NCBI RefSeq assembly: GCF_018350175.1
Contig: NC_058368.1
Location: 165,666,001-165,730,000, forward strand
Length of the DNA: 64,000 nucleotides
From: Felis catus
Lineage: Eukaryota
Direction of reading: 5' to 3'
Positions within the stretch are counted from its first letter, which is position 1. Every line of letters starts with the position of its first letter. The notes beneath the pieces are model-generated. The model did not search any database and was not told where the DNA came from. It was given only the letters and a program-made list of their open reading frames with translations. A program made the position numbers and the translations under genes. Shown here piece after piece: positions 1-11,400 of the stretch.

Positions 1-35
1 ATTTAAAAACATAAAATATGAAATTAACAAAAAAA

Positions 36-140
36 GATATTTTCTCTCTTGCTCCCTCCCTCTCCCTCTCCTTCCACCCCTGCCCCATTCATGTGCTTGC
101 TCCCTCTCTCTCTCTCTAAAAAATAAAAATTAAAAAAAAA
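36..140 (+). mobile_element. Can-SINE, 3' half only
   Basis: (CT)-rich body, CTGCCCC...TCATGTGCTTGCTCCCTCTCTC then A-rich tail; no tRNA-like head directly before it. Confidence 0.7.
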
Positions 141-355
141 TGAAGTTCCACAGAGCTTCTTAGACCCTTCCTCCATGTGAGTACAAAAGCAAGAAGGTGC
201 CAGCTATGAACAAGGAAGAGAATGCTCACCAAAACATGACCGCGTTGGCTCCTCAATTTTAGACTTCCCAGCCTCCAGGCTGTGAGAAATAAACTTTTGT
301 TGTTTATGAGCTATCTAGTGTATAGTATTTTGTTATAGCAACTTGAAGAGAGATT
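141..355 (+). mobile_element. MaLR LTR (MLT1A-like), 3' part
   Basis: GACTTCCCAGCCTCCAGGCTGTGAGAAATAAAC...TATTTTGTTATAGCA is the typical MLT1 3' end with its polyA signal. Confidence 0.8.
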
Positions 356-812
356 TAAAGGCAGCAATCAATGAATAATGAAATGTGGTTTAAATTTGAA
401 ATTTAAGAAGAAAAAGAGAGAGAGAATATGTATGTGAGAGAGAATAGAGAATTCCAGCTTGGCTACACATTTAATTCTGGAAACAGCTACATCAGACAGA
501 ATGTAATTCACAAAATTCTGAAAATTAAAACACATACTGTGGAATTTAATGATAAGCATGCAGAATGAAGAGTTGGCAGGCCAAGAAAGATTCAAAAAAT
601 TGTTTGTATCAGATGTTCCTATGACAAGATATGAGTCTTTTATCAGAGGCAAGAAAAAAATCACTTTTTAATTTGTCCATAGTGAATTGAATCGATTTCT
701 AAAGCACAAGAATATACACATTTACAGGAAGATAATATACCCAGTGTGGCTGACTGAACAATGCACAGGATATTTCACATATACAACCTCAGAGGAGAAT
801 GCAGAAACCATT

Positions 813-1192
813 TGTATTTGTTTCCTGGGGCTGGCAAAACAAACTGCCGCAGACTGGTGGCTTCAACAATGGAAAATTTCCTTACAGTTCTGTAGGCTAG
901 AAGTCTGAAATCCAGGTGTCTCAGGGTTGGTTTCTTCCAAGACCTCACTCCTTGGCTTGTAGATGGCCATCTTTCCTGTCTTCACATAGTCTTTCCTCTC
1001 TGCGTGCCTGTGTCATAATCTTCTCTTCTTATAAGGACAACAGTCATTTTGGGTTAGGGCACACAGCCCCGTGACTTCATTTTTACCTAATTCCCTCTTT
1101 AAAGACCCTACCTCCACATCTTGCTCATTCTGAGCAACGGGGTTCAGACTTCAACACGAACGTTTTGAAAGGGAATAATTCAGCCCACTACA
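813..1192 (-). mobile_element. MaLR solo LTR (MLT1B-like)
   Basis: TG...CA ends; CAGTTCTGTAGGCTAGAAGTCTGAAATCCAGGTGTC and CTCTTCTTATAAGGACA motifs of antisense MLT1B. Confidence 0.85.
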
Positions 1193-2016
1193 GCATTATT
1201 CAGTTCTGCAAGAAAGAGCTGCACACAACACCTGCCAATCTTTTTCCGTCTTTTTAGTCTTGCTTCTTCACAGTGGAAGAATATACATAACACAGCACCC
1301 AGTACCTAAACTGTTATTCAGAGAGTAAGGAGTTGTCAATTATACTGGGAAGTGTATCACATGGGATATATACATATTACATCAGACTAATTTGAATATC
1401 TGAACAAAGCTTACCATATTAATTTTGAAAATATTAAAAAGAAAATATGTAGCATAATGGAAATATGAGAGTTAATATTTTTAAAGGGAAAATAAAATTT
1501 TAAAATTAAGTAATTTCCGTTTTAAAAATTAGCAGACCAAGTGCAAAAGAAAATACGGTAAAGCCTTGGATTGGGAGTAACTTGTCCTGCAAGTGTTCTG
1601 CAAGACAAGCAAACATTTCTAATAAATTTTAACTTGATAAATGAGCAGTATCTTGCAATACAGGTAGTATGTGATGCCTAACATCATATGATCACAACTG
1701 GGCCAAGGGTTCTTCTCTCTCTCTCTCCCTCTCTCTCACTGTGGGCTTGTGTGTGATTATCTCCCATTCTCAGATGCTTGGTATCAGGCCGTGGTGTTTG
1801 GCAGAAATCAGTGATTTTTAAGAATGCTGGAAGGTGTCCACCACTGGCACTAGTATACTTCAAAGCACCCACAGACAGTCCTTTGCTTTTCCATATAAAA
1901 GTAAGCTTAGGAATGCTTTGCTTCATTCTAGGTCAGGCTGCCTGCAGGTAGAGATCCTTCCCTCTACTACTTTATCGCCAGTATATTAAATACAGTATAT
2001 GACAAGAGTTTATTAA

Positions 2017-2227
2017 ATTTTTTTTTCAACTTTTATTTATTTTTGGGACAGAGAGACAGAGCATGAACGGGGGAGGGGCAGAGAGAGAGGGAGACACAGA
2101 ATCGGAAACAGGCTCCAGGCTCTGAGCCATCAGCCCAGAGCCTGACGCGGGGCTCGAACCCACAGACCGCGAGATCGTGACCTGGCTGAAGCCGGACGCT
2201 TAACCGACTGCGCCACCCAGGCGCCCT
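2017..2227 (-). mobile_element. Young felid Can-SINE (SINEC_Fc-type)
   Basis: Full length, CpG-rich; TSD GAGTTTATTAA at 2006-2016 and 2228-2238. Confidence 0.97.
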
Positions 2228-2494
2228 GAGTTTATTAATACTGTACTGTAGTCAACATCCATGCAAACATATACAATGGCCCCCAAGACAGAAGATTCCA
2301 TTGAGCAAACAGCAGTGATTCTGTTAGTGATAGTGAAAGTAATCCTACACAATAACCTTCCTCTCTCTTGTCTCCCTCATACTAGCCACGAAGGTTTTCA
2401 AAGGTAAGTGCAGGTTAATTTGTTTACTTTTCTTTATATTTTGTATTTTCTTTATTATTTTGTGTTATAGTATTGTAACTTTTTTATATGAATA

Positions 2495-2542
2495 TTTTTA
2501 GGTTGTGGAATTTTTAGGTTGTGGAAATATTTAGGCTGTGAA
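2495..2542. repeat. 16-bp unit, about 3 tandem copies
   Basis: TTTTTAGGTTGTGGAA twice exactly, then a degenerate TATTTAGGCTGTGAA. Confidence 0.85.
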
Positions 2543-2901
2543 TCTGAGTTTCCATTATTACTTATGGGGAAATTCGCTTTGATATGCAAGTGCTTTGGAT
2601 TACAATCATGTTTCCCGAATGAATTATGCTCTCAAACCAAGGTTTTACTGTACACAATGATGGAGGAAAAAAAAAGAAAAAAGTAAATTTCCACAGATGA
2701 AACACTGAAGAGAAACAATAAGAAATAAGTTCACTAAAGCCAAAAGTCAAAGTAAGATGATAAAATTAAAAAAAAATGAGATAAAAGGATGAGGTTGGAT
2801 TAAGAAAAAAATAATAAAATCCGAGAGGAACAAATTAGAGGATTAAGAAATATATTAAACCAAATTACAGAGTTTCTATTTCTGAAAATCTAGTTACTGA
2901 C

Positions 2902-3260
2902 AGTCTTAGTCCAGTAGGGTTTCTATAACAGAATAACAACTACTGGGTGTCTTGTATACAACGGAAACTTATTTGTCACAGCTCTGGAAGCTGGAAGCCT
3001 AATATCAACATGGCAACCAAATGGTGTCTGATAAGGGTATCTGGTTCATAGACAAACATCTTCTAACCATGTCCTTACATGGTGGAAGGGACAAGAGAGC
3101 TCACTGGAGTCTGTTTTATAAGAGCACTAATTCCATTCATGAGGGATGCACCTTCATGACCTAATCACATCCCAAAGGCCCCGCATCCTAATATTATCAC
3201 ATTGGACATTAGGATTTAGTGTATGAATTTTTGAGGAACTCACACATTCTGTTTATAGCA
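2902..3260 (-). mobile_element. MaLR solo LTR (MLT1A0-like)
   Basis: CACTAATTCCATTCATGAGGG...ATGACCTAATCAC motif; 5-bp TSD CTGAC at 2897-2901 and 3261-3265. Confidence 0.9.
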
Positions 3261-3469
3261 CTGACATTAAAGAAAACTTCAAAATATTCAATGTGAAGTC
3301 AAGAACAAAAGATGGCATGATTTAGATAATTAGAAAGAATATAATAAAGAGGGCAAATTGGAATGCACAAACCAAGATGGTAAACAAATGTAACCCCCTT
3401 TCAGATCCTTAAACATGCTCTAAAGTTCTCAGAAATGTAGGAGAAACTGTGTTACTAAAAGTGTTAATC

Positions 3470-3650
3470 ATTCCATGATTCATTTTTCCTTCTTACAATA
3501 GAACAATCTGGCTTTTCTTGCACAGTGTTATCCAGCTGGAGAATGCCCTTCTCAGGCTCCATTGTAGCTATGTAAGGCCATTGATTAAGTTTGTGCCGAA
3601 TGATGCAAGCAGATGTGATAAGTACAACTTTCAGGTCACATTTTTATAAA
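3470..3650 (+). mobile_element. Old MaLR LTR fragment (MLT1J/K-like)
   Basis: CTCAGGCTCCATTGTAGCTATGTAAGGCCATTGATTAAGTTTGTGCC resembles the old MLT1 5' part. Confidence 0.5.
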
Positions 3651-4219
3651 TGATATTTTTAACCTTTCCTTTTTGAAAGCTCATTAGACGACGGTAAATT
3701 AATTACAACTAAAGTATTAACCCACAACAATAGAAAAAATAGAAATTTCTCCATCAACACAAAAAAGTTTTCAGTTAAATTCTGCAATATGAAAAACAGG
3801 AAAAAAGTATGTTAACCAATAAATAGAGCACAATTTAAAAAGCTACTCTCTAGAACATAGCCTGAATTTAGTACTGTGAAAAAGACAGTAAATTTTTCAC
3901 AAAGGCTAGGAAATTCTCCAAATTTGAAGATCTTTATACAAGGCAGGAGTGACAAATGTGACAGGATATCGGAGAAATAATGACCTGATAAAGAACTGTC
4001 AAATATCTAAAAGTGACCCTAATAACAAGAAGCAAAAATGAAAGAGTTCCTCTCTAAACAAATTTACTGAATGGTTTGTGGAAAATGACCTAAGATAGTG
4101 TGGGTCGTGTTATTGCAGAATGAAGGTCTGCATATTTTGGTATTTTTGAAGCCCATTGTATACTCAGCTTGCCTTATTCACAAGAAGAGAGGCACAAAAG
4201 AAATGTCACCATGAAGAAG

Positions 4220-4490
4220 CATTCAAAAATACTAGCCAGAATACTTTAAAAATAAATGCCATAAAAAGGGAAGGGGCATTTTAGATTAAGAGGAACTAAA
4301 ATAGGCATAATAAATAAATTTAGTGTGTGAATATTAGTTGTACACAGATATTAAAAGTGAATAGCTAGGAAAGATATTCTAGGAGATATGCACTTAAAGA
4401 CGTATTAATTTCCTTTGCTGTGATAATGGTATTGTGGGTATACAGAATATCTTTATTTCTTAGAGGTGCCTGCTAAGGAATCATGATGTC
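4220..4490 (+). mobile_element. Old L1 (L1MC-like) 3' UTR, left of the ERV insertion
   Basis: TGTGATAATGGTATTGTGG...TCATGATGTC; the sequence resumes at about 8410. Confidence 0.65.
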
Positions 4491-4491
4491 T

Positions 4492-4887
4492 TATTTTAGC
4501 TCATGTTCCCTAGGAAACAGCTCCTTAGGGGCTGACACAAAGGTAGATGGGGTAACGTTTTATTGAGGGCAGGATAGGAAGCATGAGAGGAAATGAGTGA
4601 CTCAGGGAGGACAAATTCAAGGGAATGTATTAAATATTTGAGACATAGCTTTGCAGAAAACTAAAGCTGGTTGATTTGTCTTATAGGGCATCTCTTAGAA
4701 AGACTGTATGAAGCTACACTACCTGTAGGCCTGAGATGGCAAGCTACTAATCCATTAGTTCTTCCCATCTCTTATGGTTTAGTGGTCAACATCCACCCAA
4801 TGGAAAGTTGACTGTCTTGATCTATCAGGTCATGTCTCTTGGCTCCAACAGAGAGCCTCTGATAAAGCAACATTCTCTGTAGGTACA
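4492..4887 (-). mobile_element. 3' LTR of the ERV-L provirus
   Basis: CCCTAGGAAACAG, AAGCATGAGA and AGACTGTA blocks are shared with 7799-8409; minus-strand junction GGTTGGAC|TGTA resembles the ERV-L PPT/LTR junction. Confidence 0.7.
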
Positions 4888-5602
4888 GTCCAACCAGGGC
4901 CTGGTCATGGGTTTCTCCAGTCAGTAGGTTACAGACATGTAATTTTTTAGTCTGTGATAGAAGTAATGTTAGCAATATAGACCAGTACTTTAATATCATT
5001 TAACTAGTTCTGAAACGTGTAAGCTCTACTCTGGCCAGGAAGCAAGGCAGGTAGTCAGGTTGGAGGTGGGGGTAGTGGGAGAACCCAGGGAGATCGGGAA
5101 TGCTACAAAATTTGGGCATTGTATGGTTCACTGGCCTCTTACATCATTTTACCACATCCATATCTCATATGAGATCAAAACCTTCTCACTTCTGAGAATC
5201 GAGACACATCCCCATACTTTCAAAGTGAGGAATTGTTGCAATCTCTGAAAATTAGATTGGATAGGAATGTTAGCAAACCAAGTTATTGTTCTAATGTTTC
5301 AGATGGTTCTGGAAATTGTTATTTTTTTATTTTCCATCTCCATCTCCCATTCTAGGTTTTCATCATACTTGATCAGAAATTTAGATATTCTGGATTGTTT
5401 ACCTGTAAAATGTTCCAGAATTTCTCCCTCAAATATTCTAAACCTTTAATTTCTTCATCTTGGTTCATCCTCAGATTTTGTGATATCCCATTTACATCTA
5501 TCATTGACCATATGTCCAAGTGAATCCATTGGGTCTTTGCTCCTTACTGATGGCTTTTTCAGTGACAACCAGGTTTTTAGGCTAATCAAGTTTGATTGTC
5601 CT

Positions 5603-5823
5603 TTTCTTTTAAGTGTATTTATTTATTGTGAGAGAGAGAAGGACAGGGAGAGAGAAAGAGAAGGGGGGGAAGGGCAGACAGAGGGAGAGAGAGAACCCCA
5701 AGCAAGCTCTGTACTGCCAGTGCAGAGCCTAAGGAGGGGCTCGAACTCACAAACCATGAGACCATCACCTGAGCCAAGATAAGGAGTTGGATGCTTAACC
5801 CACTGAAGCCACCCAGAAATCCC
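5603..5823 (-). mobile_element. Can-SINE nested in the ERV-L
   Basis: Full SINE body; degenerate TSD TCAAGTTTGATTGTCCT / TCAAGGTTGATTTTCCT. Confidence 0.93.
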
Positions 5824-5899
5824 TCAAGGTTGATTTTCCTTAGCAGTATTTGTACTCTTGTCATTGTGTGATAATTCAATAGGATGAAAAATTCATAAG

Positions 5900-7050
5900 T
5901 GGTTAGTTAGTGGTGAAAGTTTCCAAATAGTGCAATTCTTACTGTGTCTCTTGGAAGAAGCACACTTCCTCACCTGTGAACCACAACTTCTAACCCAGCA
6001 GAGCCTACTTTTCAAGGAGCAGAAGCATCAAATGAAGGGAGTGATTAAAAAAAAGAAACATTCCTACTTTTACTTCTTGATTCTTAAACTAGTGTACTCT
6101 TGCTCTTAAGGATGCATCATTTTGCATTTTTATCGATCAAGATCATATATCATAGCTTGTAAGACTATACCCCCAAATGCAAAAGGTATTGCCAGAGATT
6201 GATACCTTAGCTTTACCACCAACAGGCTTTTCACCACTTTTTCAAACAAGCAGTTTCTGGGTTTGGGAATAATATGGTAAAATCAACAAATTCCAACATC
6301 ATAAGTCAATTGTTATCTCTCTTTTGCCATGAACAAGTCCTTTGATCTGAAGCGATAAAACATGGATATGTCTGTCATTCCATAAGTCCTTGAACAGTGG
6401 TTATGCTCAAGGTTTCAAAGTCAGAGAATGAAAGGCCAAATTTGGAGTATAATACTGACTTCAATAAGGATGCATTGCTGCTCCCTTGAGAGTGGAAGGG
6501 GTTCAAAGTAACTGTCCTGCCCCAAGAGGATTAGCTGGCTTTGTTGAGAAAACATCAAGTACATAAAATCAGCTTCTGATGCTAGAAATTTAGATATTTA
6601 GCAGTGGAAGCAATATCTCCAGCTTGGTAAGAGAGGCCTATATTGGTGTCAGTGCATGCTCTTTTCTTTGAGTGGGGAAGGATGCTTGACATCCATAGGA
6701 CAGACCATCCTGTCCATCTAGTTGTAAAGTCCTCCTCAAGTAAATGTTCTCTGGTGGTCATTGAAGTTAGACAAAAATATCTATACACGTATTTCCTATT
6801 ACAAGTCTGTCCAAATACATATATATACCAGAGGGCATTTTCTGACTTTATGGGGTTGTTTTCCCAGTCTCTTCACCAGTTTCCCAATCATTCATCACAG
6901 CTGAGGAGTCAGTCCTTATTTCTACCTTGGACCACTATCTTTCTTTCATAAATGGCCAATCAAGTGTACCACTCACAGCTCTGCACCCTGAACAATTTTC
7001 TCTCAATGTTGCCCTTCACAGCAATCCATGAGTGGAGCTGTGATGTAGCC
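5900..7050 (-). pseudogene. Decayed ERV-L pol 3' part (RNase H, integrase) and dUTPase
   Basis: Minus-strand translations QGAEL*VVHL (6961-6990), WSKVEIRTDSSAVMN (6890-6934), YFEPLPLSREQQCILIE (6460-6510), GIVLQAMIYDL (6139-6171), SAGLEVVV (5979-6002); many stops and frameshifts. Confidence 0.85.
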
Positions 7051-7299
7051 ACAGTCTCTCTGACTAATACTGATATTATCACTTCTATTCATTTGTAAAC
7101 CAGCCCTAATCCCTTTCCTCCCCTGAGGCTGAGCATTATGAATGTCCTAGGGGTCATTGTGTGTTCAGGGAGCAAGAGAAGTAGGGGACAGGGGAATCCA
7201 TAACACTGACCCATCTCATTTTTTTTATGCCATCTGGAAAGACTTGAACCTGACTCCTCATTTACCATTTTTACTTTTCAACAGAGTTTTCTTCTTCTA

Positions 7300-7700
7300 C
7301 TACTGCAAAACATGTGACTCAGTTGATTTGATATCAATCAGATCATCTGTGGGTTCTCTTGCCCAAAGCCACTTGGTGCCTCACGTTCAGTTGCTTAGTC
7401 TCTGTTAGGGTCTAGCAGTGCACGAAGTGTATAGTCTAAGACTACAGGAAGATGAGAGTCTCCTTTAATGCTGTCATAAAAGCCCTCTGGCTTTCACTAT
7501 CTGCCTTTAAGTTGACAATCTGTTGTCATTCACCTGTCAGTCTTTTCCAGACGTTCACTGCTATCAGACACAAATTACACTAATATTGCATCAAACTGGT
7601 CAGTCACTCGTAGCAGCCACTGATCTCCCATTACGTATTTTTGACACCTATGCCATCATGATGTCACCGAATATCAGGGATTGTTATCATCCCTTTGCCA
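7300..7700 (-). pseudogene. Decayed ERV-L gag N-terminal remnant
   Basis: ESQRAFMTALKETLI at 7451-7495 (minus) resembles the ERV-L gag coiled-coil; lies just downstream of the PBS. Confidence 0.6.
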
Positions 7701-7781
7701 ACAGCAATATGGTTTCTATTACTTTCAGAATGGAAAACAACCCAACACCAAAACCTAGCCCCAAAGTTCCAGTTACTAGTG

Positions 7782-7796
7782 CCATTCCTGTCACCA
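7782..7796 (-). other. Retroviral primer-binding site, tRNA-Leu type
   Basis: TGGTGACAGGAATGG on minus, next to the 5' LTR; 13/15 match to TGGTGTCAGGAGTGG (complement of the tRNA-Leu 3' end). Confidence 0.7.
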
Positions 7797-7798
7797 AT

Positions 7799-8409
7799 TA
7801 TACCAACTCCCTAGAAAACAGAGCCTGAAAAAAATGTGTGTGTGCTAACAATCAATGGGGAGGTGTGATTTCAGAGAAACAAGCATGAGAACAATGGGGA
7901 AGTGAGGCAAGGAAAGAGGGACAGCGATGACAAGGGGCTGTATACTTGAACTGGCCAGTTTCACAACTTGGTTGTTTGGCTCTATAGGCCACCTCTGGAG
8001 AGACTGTACAAATCTCCTGCATCTTGAAGTAGTCTGTGAGTGGAGAAGAGGGAAAAGAAAATAAATTTATTGGTTGCTTCTTCCTCCTTGTTCCTGTGTC
8101 TCATTATCAAAATAAATTACATAAATCTTAACTCTGAATCATTTTCAGGTTGTACCACCTGACTACTAGGCAGGATGTGGTTAGGCCAGAATCTTCGTGG
8201 CCAGTCTAGCCAGGGAACAGGCTGTGGTCTCAGGCACTGAGGCATGGGGCTCTTAGGTCTATGGTAGAATCAGTGTCCGCAATTTTACAACTGTGGGAAG
8301 GGCATGAGCCTTTGCCAAGGCTGTTTTGTTCAGGAAACATAGCAAGAGCCAACGCCTAAGAAGAGGGAATAAGAAGTTCTGGAATGTTCCAAAACCTGGG
8401 TCTGATATA
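7799..8409 (-). mobile_element. 5' LTR of the ERV-L provirus (LTR33-like)
   Basis: CTCCCTAGAAAACAGAGCCTGA start typical of antisense LTR33/16; homologous to 4492-4887. Confidence 0.75.
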
Positions 8410-8580
8410 GACCTGCAACATACTTTTAAATGGTTCAGAAAAAAAAAGACAGATAAAGAGAATAAACAATTACAGATAAAACAAAACAATACTAATATCT
8501 GACTCTAGAGGATGCACACATGCATGCAAAGGCATACAGTTAGATTTTCTATGTTTGGAAAATTTAAAAGTTAAAAAAAC
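8410..8580 (+). mobile_element. Old L1 (L1MC-like) 3' end, right of the ERV insertion
   Basis: CTGCAACATACTTTTAAATGGTTCAG continues the L1M 3' UTR broken at about 4490. Confidence 0.6.
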
Positions 8581-8805
8581 AAAGTTGAAAAAACAATAAA
8601 GCATGCTTTCGTAAGGTAAAAAAAGTGAAATTTGAAGAAATTCCACAAAAATAAGAATTAAAATAAAGGATTTCTTGAAAATATAGGAAATATACAAGGT
8701 CAATCTATAAGATTTCCTTTCCTTTTCAACATTTAAATGAGGCACTTTAATATGCCTTATTTAAATGTCAATAGATGCTGCACTCTATTTAAAATAAAGT
8801 TTTCC

Positions 8806-9021
8806 GGGGCACCTGGGTGGCGCAGTCGGTTAAGCGTCCGACTTCAGCCAGGTCACGATCTCGCGGTCCGTGAGTTCGAGCCCCGCGTCAGGCTCTGGGC
8901 TGATGGCTCGGAGCCTGGAGCCTGTTTCTGATTCTGTGTCTCCCTGTCTCTCTGCCCCTCCCCCGTTCATGCTCACTCTCTGTCCCAAAAATAAATAAAA
9001 ACATTGAAAAATAAAATAAAA
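8806..9021 (+). mobile_element. Young felid Can-SINE
   Basis: GGGGCACCTGGGTGGCGCAGTCGG head; TSD TAAAATAAAGTTTTCC at 8790-8805 and 9022-9037. Confidence 0.97.
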
Positions 9022-10030
9022 TAAAATAAAGTTTTCCTATAATTCTAGCTGTATACATGCACACAACAACTGAACTTGGAATTCTTCCACCCCAATTTCA
9101 GTTGAGTCATGGGGACAATACATGCTACTACATTACAAAGTGGGTAGCAACATAGTCCACAATGACAGACGTCATGCAAAGTGGTCATAAGCCTACTGAA
9201 GAACTCATTAACAGGGAGAGAATATAAGGATAGGATTTTTGAGAGACTGGAAAGCTTTTGGGTTTTGAGGAAAAATAGGAAAGTCTTGTGAATTTTTCTG
9301 GAGGGTAGAAGGAAGTTATCTTACTGGGGTTTTATGGAAACTTCTATATGTCTGCTGCAGTTAGTGGACACAGTATTCTGACGTGTGAACACATTTAAGG
9401 AACCTAAGACAGGATACACTGGCTAAAAACATCAGGGCAGCATAAAAAGAGAGGTTCATTTAGAAGATGGCTGCATACCTCAATGCTAATGTGACAAGAC
9501 TGTATGACTTGTGGGACAAGACATTGAAATCATAGAAGGACTTTTGGCCTGGGGTCATTTAAAAGCAAAGTGATTCTGATCAAGAAGATTCTGCCAGCAA
9601 GATTTTAGCAAATATTTAGCCTCATCAGGGAAAAACAAGATAATTTAACATGGAATTAGTTTCAAATTTTGATTATTACATGATGCCAGGCATTTTTCTT
9701 GAATTGGGACAATTTTACCTCTTAAAGTGACCATAGAAATTTATGTTATCTTAGATAGAGTGAGCAAAACAATCAAGAGGCTCATGCATGTTATCATTTA
9801 AGATGAAGGAAACCCTGAGAATTTAACATTTTAAAGGGTCACGAGACTCCAATTTTCAATTGTTGCATCTTATGATTCTTGGTTCATTCAACAAGTCTTT
9901 TTCATAAACATATGATAAGGATGACAATTTTTATGGAGATATTTTTGTTTATTTCTCTGAATTTTTTGTACCCGATTTTCAAATAATTATACATGTAGGA
10001 CAATTTTTTAAAGACATGTTTAAAAAAATA

Positions 10031-10194
10031 GGGGCACCCAGGTGGCTTAGTCAGTTAAGCATCCAATCCTTGGTTTCAGCTCAGGTCACGATCTCATGGT
10101 CCATGAGTTCAAGCCCCACATTGGGCTCTGTGTTGACAGTGCAGAGCCTGCTTTGGATTCTCTCTCTCCCTGCCTCAGCCCCTTCCCTGCTTGT

Positions 10195-10233
<39 letters not shown>

Positions 10234-10272
10234 AAATAAATAAATAAACTTTAAAAAAAATTAAAAATAAAA
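10031..10272 (+). mobile_element. Can-SINE
   Basis: A/B-box head, (CT)n and A tail. Confidence 0.93.
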
Positions 10273-10439
10273 AATAATCAATTTTAAATATTTAATTTTA
10301 TTTTGGATTCTTGTATATGTATGCCTAATGTGTATATATACCTATTTTTCTGAACTTGAATCATTAACCTTTACCAATATTATGAACATTTATGTTTTCT
10401 TTCATGTATTTTATCTAAATCTTTAGAAAAAAACATTTT

Positions 10440-10638
10440 AAATTTTTTTGATAGGGAGAGTGCACGTGAATGGGGGGAGGTGCAGAGAGAGAGGAGTGAG
10501 GGAGAGATAGAATTCCAAGCAGGCTCTGAACCACCAGTACAGATATCAACAGGGGGCTTGATCTCATGAATCCTGAGATTATCACTTGAGCCAAAATCAA
10601 GACTCTGAGGCTTAATCACCTAGCCACCCAAGTGCCCC
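10440..10638 (-). mobile_element. Can-SINE (older)
   Basis: Antisense body ending GCCACCCAAGTGCCCC. Confidence 0.9.
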
Positions 10639-11182
10639 AGGAAAACTATTTTAATTGTATCAGCTTTCCTTTGGCAAAGTATAATCCACCTTTGAGATGG
10701 TACTTTTGATTCTATCAATGAGGAGGCTGCCTGCTGCCTGTGTATCTAGAGAAGCTAGAGAAATTGACAAGGGTCAGAAGGAAGCAATGGGAGAAGAAGT
10801 AGGTTGGGGTGGCAAAAGTGAGGCAAGTTTGATGCTTATTCAAGTGCCGTTTTGTTTTGTTTTGTTTTGTTTTTATAAAGGAGTTAAATTAAATCTTTGC
10901 AATAAAGCAGAAATTAAAACCCCTGGTTTATCTGTATCCTTTGAAAAACGCTACCATTGTTTGGAAGAATCAGCTCCAGCTCCAGTGCTACTTAGGAGAT
11001 AGGCTTGTCTTTGTTCTTCATGGAAAATTCTAACCAGGACTCTCCCTTCATATCAGAGACAGATTCTCGATTTGTTTTCTCATTTCCCCCAAAGTGCTAT
11101 TGATTTCTATTTGGATTACAATGTTCACAGGCAAATATCACAGGACGGAGTCCAAGTCTTAAGGCAGACTTTCTCTCATGTC

Positions 11183-11186
<4 letters not shown>

Positions 11187-11229
<43 letters not shown>
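11187..11229. repeat. (AC)n microsatellite
   Basis: Uninterrupted AC run of about 21 units. Confidence 0.98.
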
Positions 11230-11231
<2 letters not shown>

Positions 11232-11239
11232 GATACAGG

Positions 11240-11400
11240 TTTACTAATCCTGTTGTATTAACTTGGGCAAGGAATTTAACATTGTTAGCCTCAATTTCCT
11301 TATCTATATAGTAGGAGTAACTACATTGCCTTTAAACTCTCTAATACAGCACATGAGGTATTTTGATGAAAGTACATTTAAGTAATTAGACGATTTCTAT
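11240..11400 (+). mobile_element. MIR fragment
   Basis: ACTTGGGCAAGGAATTTAAC...GCCTCAATTTCCTTATCTATA core. Confidence 0.7.

Larger units (their letters stand above)
1556..2650. mobile_element. Tc1/mariner (Tigger-like) non-autonomous DNA transposon, interrupted by a SINE
   Basis: Left end CGGTAAAGCCTTGGATTGGG vs reverse complement of right end CAGTAAAACCTTGGTTTGAG (16/20); TA on both sides (1554-1555, 2651-2652). Confidence 0.8.
4492..8409 (-). mobile_element. Internally deleted ERV-L provirus with two LTRs (LTR33/LTR16-like)
   Basis: Two homologous LTRs, Leu-type PBS, and gag, RNase H, integrase and dUTPase peptide remnants in ERV-L order on the minus strand. Confidence 0.85.

Noticed and set aside
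9060..9900. Purine-rich stretch that might be an old LTR or retroelement
   Set aside because: I could not identify termini, TSD or a family motif.
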